From Marsupella aquatica (lineage: Eukaryota; Plantae; Marchantiophyta): a stretch of DNA of 64,000 nucleotides. Below the pieces are notes generated by a model, which saw only the letters and a list, made by a program, of their open reading frames with translations, was not told the DNA's origin and did not search any database. The DNA lies in assembly GCA_973895155.1 (NCBI GenBank), contig OZ316892.1, positions 3,971,223 through 4,035,222 on the forward strand. The letters are read 5' to 3'. Of this stretch, positions 39,201-52,100 are shown piece by piece. Both the position numbers and the translations under genes were made by a program. Numbering within the stretch: the stretch's first letter is position 1; each line of letters starts with the position of its first letter.

Positions 39201-40558
39201 CTGAGATAAGAATGAGCAGCACAATTACTTTAACATTGCAACTACGCATAATGAAAATCGAGGTTCCTCCAGTAATATTAGCATGCCAATTAGAAAGGGA
39301 AGAATCCTCAAGGTTTTGAGATTAATCCTGACAGTGGAACAAGATTGACTGGCCACCCGAGAGGCACCCTCGGACCAAAATGAATTTAAACCGTTGAAGG
39401 AGCATTCACTGAACGGAAACAACAGTAAGACATGTAAATTCACTAATGAGAGGCCCCGAGACAGAGGACCACTACCAAAACGACACAATCCACTTGGAAT
39501 TGTACTCTGCTGTAATCACTAAAGTCATCAGCGGTACAAGAGACCGTCATCATTACGGATACGAATATCGGTTGATTCTGTCCAAGATTCACCCCACTCC
39601 AATTTGGGCATCAATCGGCTGCTCGAGTTGGCTAGTCGTGGTTCCCATTACATCATGTAAGGGGTATGGGACCTGTCTTAAACAAGCTAGGTAATTTTCA
39701 AAAGCCAGGTCTGCGAGTCCACGCCAGAAAAGCATCTTCGGTGATTACATCGAAAGGCTCGCAGTGACGAGGACGCTTCAGTACTAAAGTCGATCATTTG
39801 AAGCGGGGAATGTGGAGACTGAAAACACCATCCTATCCAGGGAAATTGAGACCTGATTGAAATGTCATCTTCAGGAAAGGTGAAATCACGGCCTCGGCCG
39901 TTACAATGCATCAATGGAATTCCCTACCCGGCAGAAGCGTACCACCGTACTTCAGTCACTTGACCAATTGGTGACTCGGTAGGCCAAAACTACGAGACAA
40001 CGAAGGAAAGGAACTATAATTGTCGCCAATGCAGAATCAAGAACCGGGCCAGACGAATATCTGCTCACATTTGAAAATGGTCACCGTCCTCTCCAGTCAC
40101 CGTCATTGTCATGGCAAGGCGTCCCATCCGATCGGGCTTCGTGATCTTACATTGTGCTCCAGGTTGAAGGACTGCAATTGTTGTCATTGCTGACCTGATA
40201 TCTACTTCTCTGTGTCTCCCTTTGATATTGAGATTGGAGCTAATTTTGACAATGGTCAAGTAAAAGTGGACGAGGCCGAGGCCGAGGCCGACGTTGCGAC
40301 GGTAGGCATGTAGACAGCAGCCAGGCTCATTGGGCTGTCTGGAAATGATGGAGAACCTCCAGTGGGATGATCAGAATGGTGAGAGATGGACACACAAGTG
40401 AACTTGTTTAGATATAAAGCGCATATCCTACCTTTAGCGACCTGTTGAATTTCTTCGGAAGGCGCACTTAGGAGAAACCAGGTGGCTAGAGACACCTTCT
40501 GGTCCGCGTCCAGCTCCACTGCATCTTCTTCCTCTCCGTCAAGAAAACTCTCCGCCAT
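36216..40558 (-). CDS. CPA: F-actin capping protein alpha subunit, 10 exons, 313 aa
   Basis: Exons 40558-40432, 39200-39085, 38543-38454, 38299-38235, 38020-37859, 37562-37484, 37176-37099, 36999-36925, 36646-36611, 36329-36216 (942 nt, in frame). Motifs YLDPRTAQVATVDHVKQ, GRWRSVW, AHYFEEGNVQL, FKELRRKLPVTRT. Confidence 0.95.
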
Positions 40559-41554
40559 TCGACTATCCTCCTCCTCCTCCTGGACCTTCTCCTCTACTAC
40601 TGTCCTCGTGCCGGTAATGATGGTGGTGGAAACGTTGATGAGCCTAGAGTATCGCCGGCCCGGAGGTATAATATTATGTAAAAGGGAAAACTTGGACGTC
40701 GCACGGGAACAACGCGAGACACTGTCACAGAATCAAGACCTGCTCAAGAAGAGCAGCAAACGAGCAGAGACACGGCCAATTTCAGAACTGCAACCACCAC
40801 CGAAGACAGAGCCCCCAATTCAAGCTCCCATTCACAACTCCCGCCTCGTCTCGTCTCTCTTTGCCTTTTCTCCACGCTCCGCGGAAATGCCCGCCGTCCT
40901 GTAGAATGAGATTGGCGCCGCACCTGATAAATCCGCAACTCCCGTTCCTCTCCTCTCCTCTCCTCTCCTCGCTTTCAATGCCGTCGCCCGAATCGAAAGC
41001 ACTTGATCAGACAATGCGTCCGGTCGGTCAACAACACGATTACCCAACGCCTCCTCCGCCTTTCCCTCTCTTGTTTCAATGCCAACGGCGAAATCGAAAA
41101 CAGACTCGATCCCAGGACGACTCGACTCCTTCCCACTCGAGCGGCAGGGGACGGCTGGATGCCGCCGACACCAGAAGCCGATTCTATATTTTACTGCTCC
41201 TCCTCTCTTTTGCTGCTGCAGAGCTTTTGCCCTCTCGATGCGAACTAGACGACCGACGTGACGACCATCGGAGGAGGCAGAGGAGGTGAGGCCCAGAGAC
41301 AGGAACAGAGAGGGACACAGAGTGAGGAACAGAGAGGGGCCTCGAGAGAGGGTGGGGACTGGAGGGTTCTGTCCCCGACGAGGACTAGGGACTAGAGGAC
41401 GAGGAATACAACTGTACCGGCGAATCCGGCCGGACGGCAGGACTGGGGCTGCCAACGACGGTCCGGTACTCCGGTACTCGGGTATCGTAGTGCGGGCAAA
41501 TTCGCTGCCGGCCGTCTGAACGCGGGAAGCCGGGGTGCGAAAAAGGTTTTTAAA

Positions 41555-41870
41555 TCCGTTGGGCCTGGAAAAGAATCGTTTCAGTTTGACAATGTCGTAA
41601 AGTCTATAACAAATGTAAAACTGCGCTAATAGGGCGTAAAGTCTATGATAAGTGTAACTACTCTAATAGGGCGTTTCAACGCTGCCAATTTGATGTACCG
41701 TACCTTCCTAGTTATGGGTTATGGACCTGTTGTGGTAATTGATTTCTTTGTTTGTCTACTTTTTCGGAAGTGGGCCTGAGTTTTGTCCAATTTATTACTT
41801 ACAAGTTTTGGATAAATTGTAAGTTGGACGTTTTGTCTGTAAGAAAGACAAAAAGAAGTGGGCCTCAGTC
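41555..41870. promoter_or_regulatory. Putative CPA promoter region with TGGGCC (site II-like) motifs
   Basis: tgggcct at ~41560, ~41771 and ~41859, upstream of the GC-rich CPA 5' region. Confidence 0.35.
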
Positions 41871-43663
41871 TTGACTTTTTAATAGTCCTGAGTTTTAAAA
41901 GCAGGAAGAATATGCCTGAATTGGTTTCTTAACAGAGGTTAGGGGGCATCGTCATAAAATTCCAGAAGATCCTAAAACCAAGACATGTCTCAATTAATGT
42001 TCGCCCATAATTGATATTTGATAGTGTATAATATTGAAGGTCTACAGGAGTGCGGGAGCAGGAGGGCAGGAGTTACCAGCACGGCAGGAGTTCATGGTTT
42101 GTTTGTTTTTTTGTCTAACTACAGTAGTTGATGATAAGTTTTGGGGCCTTTACTCCTGAGTTTGAAAAGCAGGAAGCTTATGCCAAAATTTATTTCATTA
42201 AAAACTGTAACGTCTTGGTTAGAGTTTACTTTTTCACAAAAAAAATTAATGCCAGATCATTAAAATCCATATAACCGAAGGCCTGTCCCACTGATTGGCA
42301 CCCATAATTTAATGTTTAGTTATTGGTTGGCAACCAGCATATATAATGTTAGTTATTGGTTGAAAACTTACAACTCAAGCTTAAGACCACAAATTGTTCC
42401 AGCGTAAGAACAAGGGTTCCAGAAAGATTTCTCATGATGGGCCGTTCCTATGTACCAGTCGTTGCTGTCGTTCAAAGGAGGTTGGTACAACATTTTCCCA
42501 TGGGATAGAAATAATGACCAACCTAGCAACTGACTTATTCACCAAGGTACCGCCTATTTCTTGACTCTGGCTAGATCAACATGAGGAAAGAGAAGTGAAT
42601 GGGTTTTAACTTTGAAACAACTTGCCAAAATATGAAACACATCCGAATTTTCATTCAGTGGTATGACTACTTGTACATTCAAGGGAATTTATCAGAACCC
42701 AAAAACATGATAAAAGAGGATAGTTACCTTCTTTTATGGAAAGGAATTATTTCATTTACACTAAATTTTGCATGGCACTTGCCTAACCCTGAACCCACCA
42801 ACCCTTCCCCACACACAGTGCAAAAGGGCAACTTTAGAGTGAAAAAATGGCACTCCACATGTGAGAGATAGGGCACATGAACTCAATGCCAACCTTCAAT
42901 TGGTGGCACACCAATATTCAGTGCTTGTATGTGCCTCAAAAATCTCTTTTGGGGGAGGGGGGCAAGGGTGTCACTTCAATGGAAGTGGCAAATCACATGC
43001 GACAAGGTATAGGGTCATTTTGAGAAAGACTTACTAAGCTTTTAGTAGTATATATTAGGATTAGCACGACTGTCGCCCAACGGCCCAAACTGACAGCACA
43101 AGCAACCAACGTACCGCATTGGTAAGTAACCCACTTTGATCTCGGACCCCAAAACCATTGTCTTGCCTCAAGCTCAACAGTTTTTAGTAAGTAGGACAAC
43201 GGATAGAGCGTCCCAAGCCCTTGTGGCCTTGTCATAAGTTGAAGCTAAGGTCGGCACCCATTGTTCGTCGGGTTGTTCGTACGTTGTCAATAACCCCAGG
43301 AGCCGCCCGAGCTTCCCCACTTTCTATTTGTCTTCGGGTGACTGCCCTGCCTCTAGGACATGTTCACAGCCCAACTTGCTAGGTAGCTTGTCCCAAATGC
43401 CGAGACCAGTTAGGCCCTAACTCTAGCAACAGTCTCTACGGCTCTAGCTGAACCGGGAGTCCAGGGGTAAATCTCATAGTATACTTCCACCTCACTGAAA
43501 ATTCTTAGCTACTTTTACCTTTTTGTCTTGGATAAGCCACTGCCCCACTTAGCCATAGACACCGTTTGTCAGAATCTGATGGTACGTTATCTTTAAAAAC
43601 ATGGAGTTCTGTCCGGATATAATCTAGGAAAGTTAGATAAGGGATATTATTGGCACCTTCTCC

Positions 43664-43832
43664 TTAAACCACCACTAGCCATGACAAAAACCTGGTTACA
43701 CCAGGTTTCACCAATTATCCTTTCCTGAATTTGTGGAGAAATTGGAACATGAGAGGGGAAGAGTGAGAGGAAAGTGAAAAGGGAGAAGGCTTGGATAATT
43801 CCCCTTTTATATGGCTAGTGGCGGCGGTTTAA
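43664..43832. mobile_element. MITE-like element (copy 2), bounded by TTAA
   Basis: TIRs ttaaaccaccactagccat and atggctagtggcggcggtttaa. Homologous to 406-571 in the opposite orientation. Confidence 0.7.
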
Positions 43833-44029
43833 CACAAAGTGACATTGGCCACATTGACAATAAAGAAAAATCTTTAAAATCGCCTTGACCCTGGTGTGTT
43901 AATGAAAATGATGTCATATGGGAAGTTAAAAGGAGCAGTCCATGTCCTTGATTTGATTCTAGATGAAGGCAACAAGTGCGAGTAGCCCATCTCCTCATCA
44001 TCTTATGAACAAAAAATTTCAATCCATGT

Positions 44030-44390
44030 TCGTTGCACAGAATATGTCGTTGCGCAAAAGATGTAGCTGCATAAAAGGTATCATTACGCAGAACATGTCT
44101 TTGAGGCAAAGAAGTTGTTGCAAAAAAGATATAATTACGCAAAAGATGTAGTTAATAAGTGAAAGAAGTTGGTGCGTAAAATATGTCATTTTGGCCAAAG
44201 ACATTGTTGCTTAAAGATAGGTGCAAACTATGTGGTAGACAAAAAGATGTTATTTTCTCAAAAGATGAGATTGTGCCAATGATGTCGATGAGTCAAAAGA
44301 AAATTATTGCGGTGCAAAAGATATCAATCATTCAACAACAAAAAATTATTTTCCCAAAAGACCTTATTGCGCAAAAATGTTATTGAGTAA
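44030..44390. repeat. Highly degenerate ~17-18-bp minisatellite (ttgcgcaaaagatgt-like)
   Basis: Periodic gcaaaagat/caaaaga words over ~360 bp. Confidence 0.5.
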
Positions 44391-45659
44391 AAAGGTATGG
44401 TTCCCTACTGTTTCCCCTCCACTTCTGTAGGTATGGTCCACTACTGTTTCCCCCAATCCTTGGCATTTGGTGTGTCTGCCCTAGCCATTTGGTGGATCTT
44501 TGATGTCCGATGACCTTGTTAGTCCCCCTCTTTGAGGCTTTGTAGCAGAAATCTGTTCTATACTTATCCCTTTATTGCATAAGGGTACCACTGTAGATGA
44601 CAACCTCTATTGCACATAGGGTACCACTGGAGATGATAAAGGTTCCCCTATATGAAGTATTGAAGTTTAAAGTAAGTGGGAACATCAATTACCGAGAGAA
44701 CTACTTCTAGAGTCCCACGACTTACTAAAAGAACCAATAAAGTTTTGCATCCACCACTGTTATGGCCAAAGAGAATGTCTGACTGCACAGCTTGTCCCCA
44801 ACAAATTTGTAAATCAGAATCCTGAACATGTTTCATCCACTAAGTCGACTGTCAGCAGACAGGGATCAGTGCACACCGACGCTCATAATTAATACAGAGC
44901 GATAAGTCACTATAAAATATGAACCGACCGATCAGAGACATGTATAAGTCTCAAATGCTACTCTCTGCCTAGAAAATACGTAAAGCTTTCACTAGTAATA
45001 TGGACATGATGCAGAAGTGAGGATGAACTACTCTTCAGGCAGAACAGGTAACTACTGTAGTGTTCTGTTATTAGAGACGCTGAGCTGTATCAGCGTTAGT
45101 AGAGAGTTTTATTTTGGTTACTTGCTAAAACATGGGCCAGGTCTTCGGCTTCCTCAACATGATCCATGAGTTTGTTACTCTTCAAATGAAGAGTATGACA
45201 CGCCAAAAGTTTACTTCAGCACATAAGTTTTGGAGTAAAAAGCAGACAACGGTAAGTCAGCGTGGAAGGGGATGTTGAAGTAAAAAACGGAGATGTCAAT
45301 CCTTGTTCCTAGATGGACTGGATCACAACTAGCGAAGGAGCTGGATCCGCCAAGGTGCGCCATCTATTACAGTGCATTTTCAACCTACAGTGATAAGGGA
45401 CAGCTTATAGAGCAATTCAGAAAAAGAATTATCAAAGGGAACCAAATCGAACAGAATCGATTCAACTCGACTCGAATGGAGTTACATGAATCCTAATCTT
45501 TTTGTTTCGGCAGGAACTACTTCCATTGATGCCAAGCTGACCAGCCTCACGACACATCAGCTGCAGTCTATCAACGTCCATCTTAAGCTCCAACTAAATG
45601 AGAATAGAAGGTCAGGAGAATGAACTATCATCACAGTCGAATACGAAGGTCACCATTCT

Positions 45660-46036
45660 AGCTGATCTTGCGTTTCTGGAGGGATACCATCTGCCAGGAA
45701 GCTCGACAAGCCCATCAAAAGACCTTCCGTTCCTTCAAGGATAGCCTTTGCGTCTTCAAGGTGCGCAAGGAACCAGAGACAGTGCTGCTCATTATTGCAA
45801 AACAGGCGATCGTGCAAGGCCGCATACTTCACAAGGCCAGCTTGCCCCTTCTTCGTTGGCAATAGTGAGCTTGAGAAAGTTGTTCTGGCAGCCAGATTTT
45901 GAAATACAAGAGCTGCAAGTTCTTGCACTCGAGGCATCTCTTGCGCATGGTCGTTGCTACCTCGTTCCCGGACCAACCTGCATGATCCAAGGGCATATTT
46001 ATCTGCTGATCCAAGTGGGCACAACAGAGCCAGAGT
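45660..46036 (-). pseudogene. Relic of C-terminal ARM repeats from the hydrolase-NB-ARC-ARM family
   Basis: LWFLAHLEDAKAILEGTEGLLMGLSSFLADGIPPETQ matches copy A LWFLAQFEEAKSILEGNEGLLMGLSSLLADGVPPETQ; frameshifted. Confidence 0.75.
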
Positions 46037-46188
46037 AATCTCAATAATGGGCGAGCCTGCGACAGGAATTGGGTTACCCACAGAGCGGGCATCATGACCG
46101 TCATGAAAGCCAGTACAATTTCCACCAAGGACCCTGGTAACTAAGGAATGTCGCGCCACAAAGCTGACAACGTGTGAGAGCCATCGAA

Positions 46189-49100
46189 CTATTTGAGTTT
46201 GTAACCCAGGTATTCTACGGGGCTTACTCCTAAACATTGACCCGTTTGGTCGTCCAGCTGGTCAACCCCTGGAGGTTTGATTCTAAGCGCCCACTCTGCA
46301 TCTGTTCGAGCTCCATCCTCATCCCCTAACAAGAATTTCACGTAGCCGCGGTGTTTCAGGCGCTCATAGTCGTCTGTTTCAAGTTTCAACCCTTCGTCCA
46401 AATCTGCTAGGGCACCCTCCAGGTTCCCCATCATTCGTTTCACCACACCTCTTTCTTGCAAAGAAAAAGCCTTGTGAGAATGGCTGTCGCTGACATTGAT
46501 AGCCTCATTGGCATCGGCAAGCGCCCCTTCAAGATCCCCAAGCTTTGATTTCACAAAACACCGTAGTCTGCCATCAAAGACAATACATTTAATACTGATT
46601 GAACATGTTTTGAAAATCATAAACAAAACTTGGCTCTTCGATTGCGAATTTGCTGGCACTAAATTTCGACATTACCTAGGCAAGTAAATCCAATGCAGGA
46701 CGTTATGAGCAGACGTCTACAATTCAGATTTTGTTCCGACTAGCTTTAGAAAGTAGAACTCCATCACCTAGAAGTCGCATTTGGGATGTCTTTGATCCAA
46801 TCTAATATGGTTAGCTACTGCGACTAATTAAAAGTTAAGAGTTCTCCCTTCCCGTTGAATTGTTTTGGGGACTTCAGTCACTAACCACTGTTAGTCGGAG
46901 AAGTCGAACCTTCTGACTTACCCAGTTGTAAGCAGAACGAGCGGAAACGCATCTTAGAATTCTAGAGAGAGTCCGGTCTGCTAGATCAGATCATCCCCTA
47001 AATCATGACGGTGAAAACTGCATGACTACACGGCCGACTTTCTCAATCCACTCTCATTGAATGGCACTGATAGTATGATAGGACCGATAGTCATATCGGT
47101 CTGCAAAGATGAATACTATTTGCGCATATCTTTGTCCCTTGGACTGGGATCTTCATGTTGATGAATTAATTACAATTCACGTACCTTAAATTGCCCAAAT
47201 CGGCTCCGTGTACTAGGTCATCCGCGTGACCAAGATCAGATAAGGATTCCGTGTACATTCCCATCAAGATGAATGCATCGGCCCTTCCTCGATAAGCCCG
47301 TGCGGAGGTCAAACTAGCTTGCTGGCCTTTTAAGGGGTTTATGAAAGTTAGCACGCCTGCCCCGATGTATTGCGTTTCTGGAGGAACACCATCTGCCAGC
47401 AAGCTTGACAAGCCCATCAAAAGACCTTCGTTTCCTTCCAGGATTGACTTTGCCTCTTCAAACTGCGCAAGGAACCACAAAGACATGGCTGCCTGTTTTT
47501 GCAAATCAGGGCAATCGTACAAGGCGAGACACATCACAAGGCCAGCTATTGCCCCCTCTTCTTTGGCGATACGGAGCTTGAGAGAGTTATTTCCTGTGAC
47601 AGCCAGATTGTGCAATGCTCGCCCTGCTTGACATTGAACTTTAGGCTTCTTGGCGGCAGACACGACCTTCGACAAGCTGGCCAAGGCACCCCCCTCATCA
47701 TTTAGAAAGTACGTTTGAGTCCGCATTGTGCCCGCTAGATTTGCCAAAGCCATTGTAGCATACTCTTGCAGTTCAGGACAGTCGTTGTCGATGACACACT
47801 TCATAAGATGCTCCAGTGCACCCTCTTCCTTTGCTATATGAAGCAGGAGAAAGTTGTCGTTTGTATTAGATAGAACTACAATTGCCCTTGCTGCTGCGGT
47901 CTGCACGTCAGGCTTATTGTCCGCAAATAAGAGCTCCACCAGACCCTTGAGGGCTCCCTTTTCATTAGCAACGGTCCACCTGATATGATCAGTGTGGGCT
48001 AGATTTGCAAGAGTATTCGTTACCCTTTTCTGCAAGTCAGGGCGGTCGTACAAGGCCAGACACGTCACAAGGCCAGCTAGAGCCCCCTCTTTGCCAGCAA
48101 TACGGAGCTTCAGAAAGCTATTTCCTGTGACAGCCAGTTTGTGCAATGCTCGCCCTCCTTGACATTGAACTTTAGGCTTCTCGTGCGCAGACACGACCTT
48201 TGACAAGCTAGCCAAGGCACCCTTATCATTTAGAAAGTACGTTTGAATCCGCATTGTGCCCGCTAGATTTGCCAAAGCCATTGTAGCATACTCTTGCAGT
48301 TCAGGATGGTCATTGTCGATGACACACTTCATAAGATTCTCCAGTGCATCCGCTTCCTCCGAAATAAGAAGCTGAAGATCATTGTCGTCTGTAGCAGATA
48401 GACCTACAATTACCCCTGCTGCTGCGGTCTGCACTTTAGGATTATCCTCCGCAACTAAGAGCTTGGCCAGGCCCTTGAGGGCTCCCTCCTCTTTAGCAAT
48501 GGTGGACCTGATAGGATCTATGTGAGCTAGATTTGCAAGAGTAACTGCTACCCTTTCTTGCAAATCAGGGCGATCGGACAAGGCCAGACACTCCACAAGG
48601 CCAGTTATTGCCCCTTCTTCATTGGCAATATGGAGTCGGAGATGGTTATCTCCTGTGACAGCCAGATTGTGCAATGCTCTCCCTGCTTGACATTGAAGTT
48701 TAGGCTTCTTGTGGGCAAACACGATCTTCAACAAGCTAGCCAAGGCACCCTTTTCATTTAGAAAGTATGTTTGAATCCGCACTGTGCTGGCTAGATTTGC
48801 CAAAGCCCTCATAGCATTCTCCTGCATTTCAGGGTAGTCGTTGTCCATGATACACTCCATCAGGCCCTTCAGTGCACGCTCTTCCTTCGCAATAAGGAGC
48901 TGGAGATCGTTGTCGGTTGTAGCAGATAGACCTACAATTGCCCCTGCTGCTGCTGTCTGCAATTCAGGGTTATTCTCAGCAAATAAGAGGTTCACTAGAC
49001 CATTGAGAGCTCCCTGTTCCTTAGCAATGGTCCACCTGACAGGATTTGTGTGGGCTAGATTTTCAAGAGTATTCGTAATCCTTTTTTGCAAATCAGGGCG

Positions 49101-52100
49101 GCCGTACAAAAGATACTTCACAAGGCCAGCTACCAACCCCTTTTCATTGGCAATACGGAGCCGAAGCTTGTTATCTTTCGTAGCAGATAGATTTAGCAAT
49201 GCCTCAGCTCCAGCTATTTGCACTTCAGGCTTATTGTGTGCAAAAAAGAGCTTCACAAGGGCATTGAGGGCTCCCTCTTCATTAGTAATGGCCCACCTGA
49301 TAGGATCTGTGTAGGCTAGATGTGCAAGTGTTTTCGCTACCCTTCCTTCCAAGTAAGGGCAATCATACGAGACCGGACACTTCACAAGGCCAGCCACTAC
49401 CCTCTCTTCGATGCCAATACAGAGCTTATTCAAGACCAGACACTTTACAAGGGCAGCTACTACCCCCTCTTCTTTGGCCACACGGAGCTTGAGATTGTTA
49501 TCTTCCGTAGCAGATAGATTTAGCAATACCCCTGTTGCTGCTATCTGTCCTTCAGGCTTGCTGTTGGCAGCCAATACGAGGTTCTTGAGGGCAGTGAGGA
49601 CTCCCTCTTCATTAGCAATGATCCGCCTGACAGGATCCGAGTGGGCTAGACTTGCAAGAGCATTCGCTACCCATTCTTGCAAATCAGGGCGGTCGTACAA
49701 GACCAGACACTTCACAAGGGCATCCACCAGCCCAACTTCCTTGGCAATACGGAGCTTGAGATAGTTATCTTTCGTACCAGATAGACATAACAATGCCTCA
49801 ACTGCTGCTATCTGCACTGCAGGCGCGTTGTCCGCCGATAAGAGCTTCATGAGAGCATTAAGGGCTCCCACTTGATCAACAATGATCAACCTGATATGAT
49901 CAGTGTGCGCTAAATTTGCAAGAGTATTCAATACCTTTTCTTGCAAATCAGGGCGGTCGTACAAGACGAGACACTTCACAAGGCCAGCCACTGCCCCCTC
50001 TTCGTCGGCAATGCGAAGCTTGACATGATTATCTGCGCAACCAGCTAGATTTTGCAACACTAGTGCTGCTCGTTCTGGCAGAGAAGAATTGTGGTGTGCA
50101 GATAATAGGTCCACCAACCTGACCAATACGTCCTCTTGATTGGCAATCCTCAATTGTATTGAAACAGATTGGCTATTCGCTAGGCTTGCTAATGCCCCCG
50201 CTGTATATGCTCTCACCATATCTGACAGGTGACTGGAGGCAAGTGAACTGACCAGGACCTGCAAAACACCGGGTGTGTCTACAATTCCCAGTGTTGAATT
50301 CTCTTCTCGAGCTTTCCAACAAATTCTGCGCAAGGTTTTGATTGCTTCCTCTTGAACTTGAGTTGGGAAACCCTCATTGAATCGTAGCAGATGCACAATT
50401 GCTTGCAAGAAGTTAAGATTATTTCTGGTGAATAAAGGCTTCTCTTCTATGACGCAAATGTCCCCAATAACTTTGAGAGTGGCCAACTGAGCCGGAGTAC
50501 ATACATCCAACTTCAGCAAGTGCGATATACTCACGTCCTCAAGCTGATGGTTGCAGATATATGTCAGAAGGACCTGCCATAAAAATACCAATTTCCAAGA
50601 GATTAAAATAGCAAACATAATGCATCTTGAATTGGTTGCTAATGACAAGTTCCAACTCCAATTTTAAACTAACAGAAAGACGAATATCGCAAGTTTCACA
50701 TCACATTTCGCATCTCCAACCAAACAATTCAAAATATACAATTCACCAAGGGACATCAATTCACAAATTTATATTTGAGCAATACTTTCAATTATTACAA
50801 TTTCAGTAAACCATGATTCAAGCTCCAGCAGGAAAAACACCTTTCTAACACACTGTACGTCTGAGTGTGTCCATTTTCCCTCCTCGACTGGCTTGTCCAA
50901 CATCCAGATAATGGGCTCCACTGCTTTCCGTCTAAGATCATGCACATTATCATAAAAATCTGTTGTATTGCTTGCAATACCAGCCCGAGTCATTGCATGG
51001 GTACCATCAATGTGCTGTCGGTCAAAGTACAGAGCACATAGAGCAATTGCTACTCTTCTCTTCTCACCCTGGTTTTCCTCTGTTTCAAAATGCCCTTCCC
51101 ATCCAACACTCAAGTCTGATGTAGATTCTTCACTGCCAAGCAATTCGCCAATTAGACTTCTGATTTCCCCTTTGCCAACCATGTTTTGTTGCATATAAAG
51201 CTTCACTAGAGACCGTAGTGACCACATGGTGGTCAACTGTTCTGTGTCATCGTTTTGGCCCATGCCCTGCATATCTGTTGTGCGGGCTGCCGTTTTCCCT
51301 GAATTTCTTTTCACTAGTTCTCTCATACGCAATTCGTCCAAGGACTTCATGAATGGGGACCTTGATGTCTTCATCCTGGTTTTCATGCTAGTATGCCAAA
51401 GTCTAAGAACTATTTCAGGTACTAATTCCCCTTTACAAGCATATATCAAGGAAAGTATGTTTTTCGCATCATCAGTGTCCAAAGATTCTATGCAGATTTT
51501 CATAGCAGCGCATAGACTTCGAGGAGCAGACTCAGTATTCCCTATCACAATGTTAACCTCTGCGCTATCCAGTAGTTCTTCTAAGTCTCTGAAAGCTCCT
51601 TGCCATGCTCGTTTGTCTTCATTATCTTGGCTGTAATCGAAATGACTAGCCAAACATGCCAATGCCAATGGATTTCCTTCTGTGATTTCAATCATGTCCT
51701 TGGCTATACCCTGAATTCAAGAGGACAACAAAGAATGCCTGAATGAGAAACTGTTAAGGGGTGCATGATAATAAAAGATAATGTAACGAGCGTGAGCTCT
51801 ACCTTAAGATTTATTTTGCATAATTTCTTTAAAACAAACTAGCCGAAATTTTGAACTTGCCCATCAGTGAAACATTTGAACCTCTAAGTGGTTGGGGAAA
51901 GTCAAAGAAGCACACCTGTAATTGCTCGGGTATAACTTTCCCTTCTAAACGGACATGAGAGGCAAGAATAGCCTTAGCTTCCTCTTCTGTGGGATCTCCC
52001 ATAGCAATACAGAATGAATCATTTTTAAGGTTACAGCAGATATTTGATCTTTGCGAAGTGACAAGATACTTCACATGTTTGGATCCCTTGACAACCTCCC

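Noticed and set aside
40482-41519. GC-rich ORFs up to 207 aa
   Set aside because: Low-complexity overlapping frames in the CPA 5'UTR/promoter with no domain signal.
42998-43571. Possible solo LTR (TG...CA, internal TATA-like tract)
   Set aside because: Flanks (tcaca / gaatc) do not form a TSD and there is no second copy in the window.
47341-49764. Plus-strand ORFs antisense to the ARM exon (also at 60732-62078)
   Set aside because: Shadow ORFs caused by the repetitive coding sequence on the minus strand.
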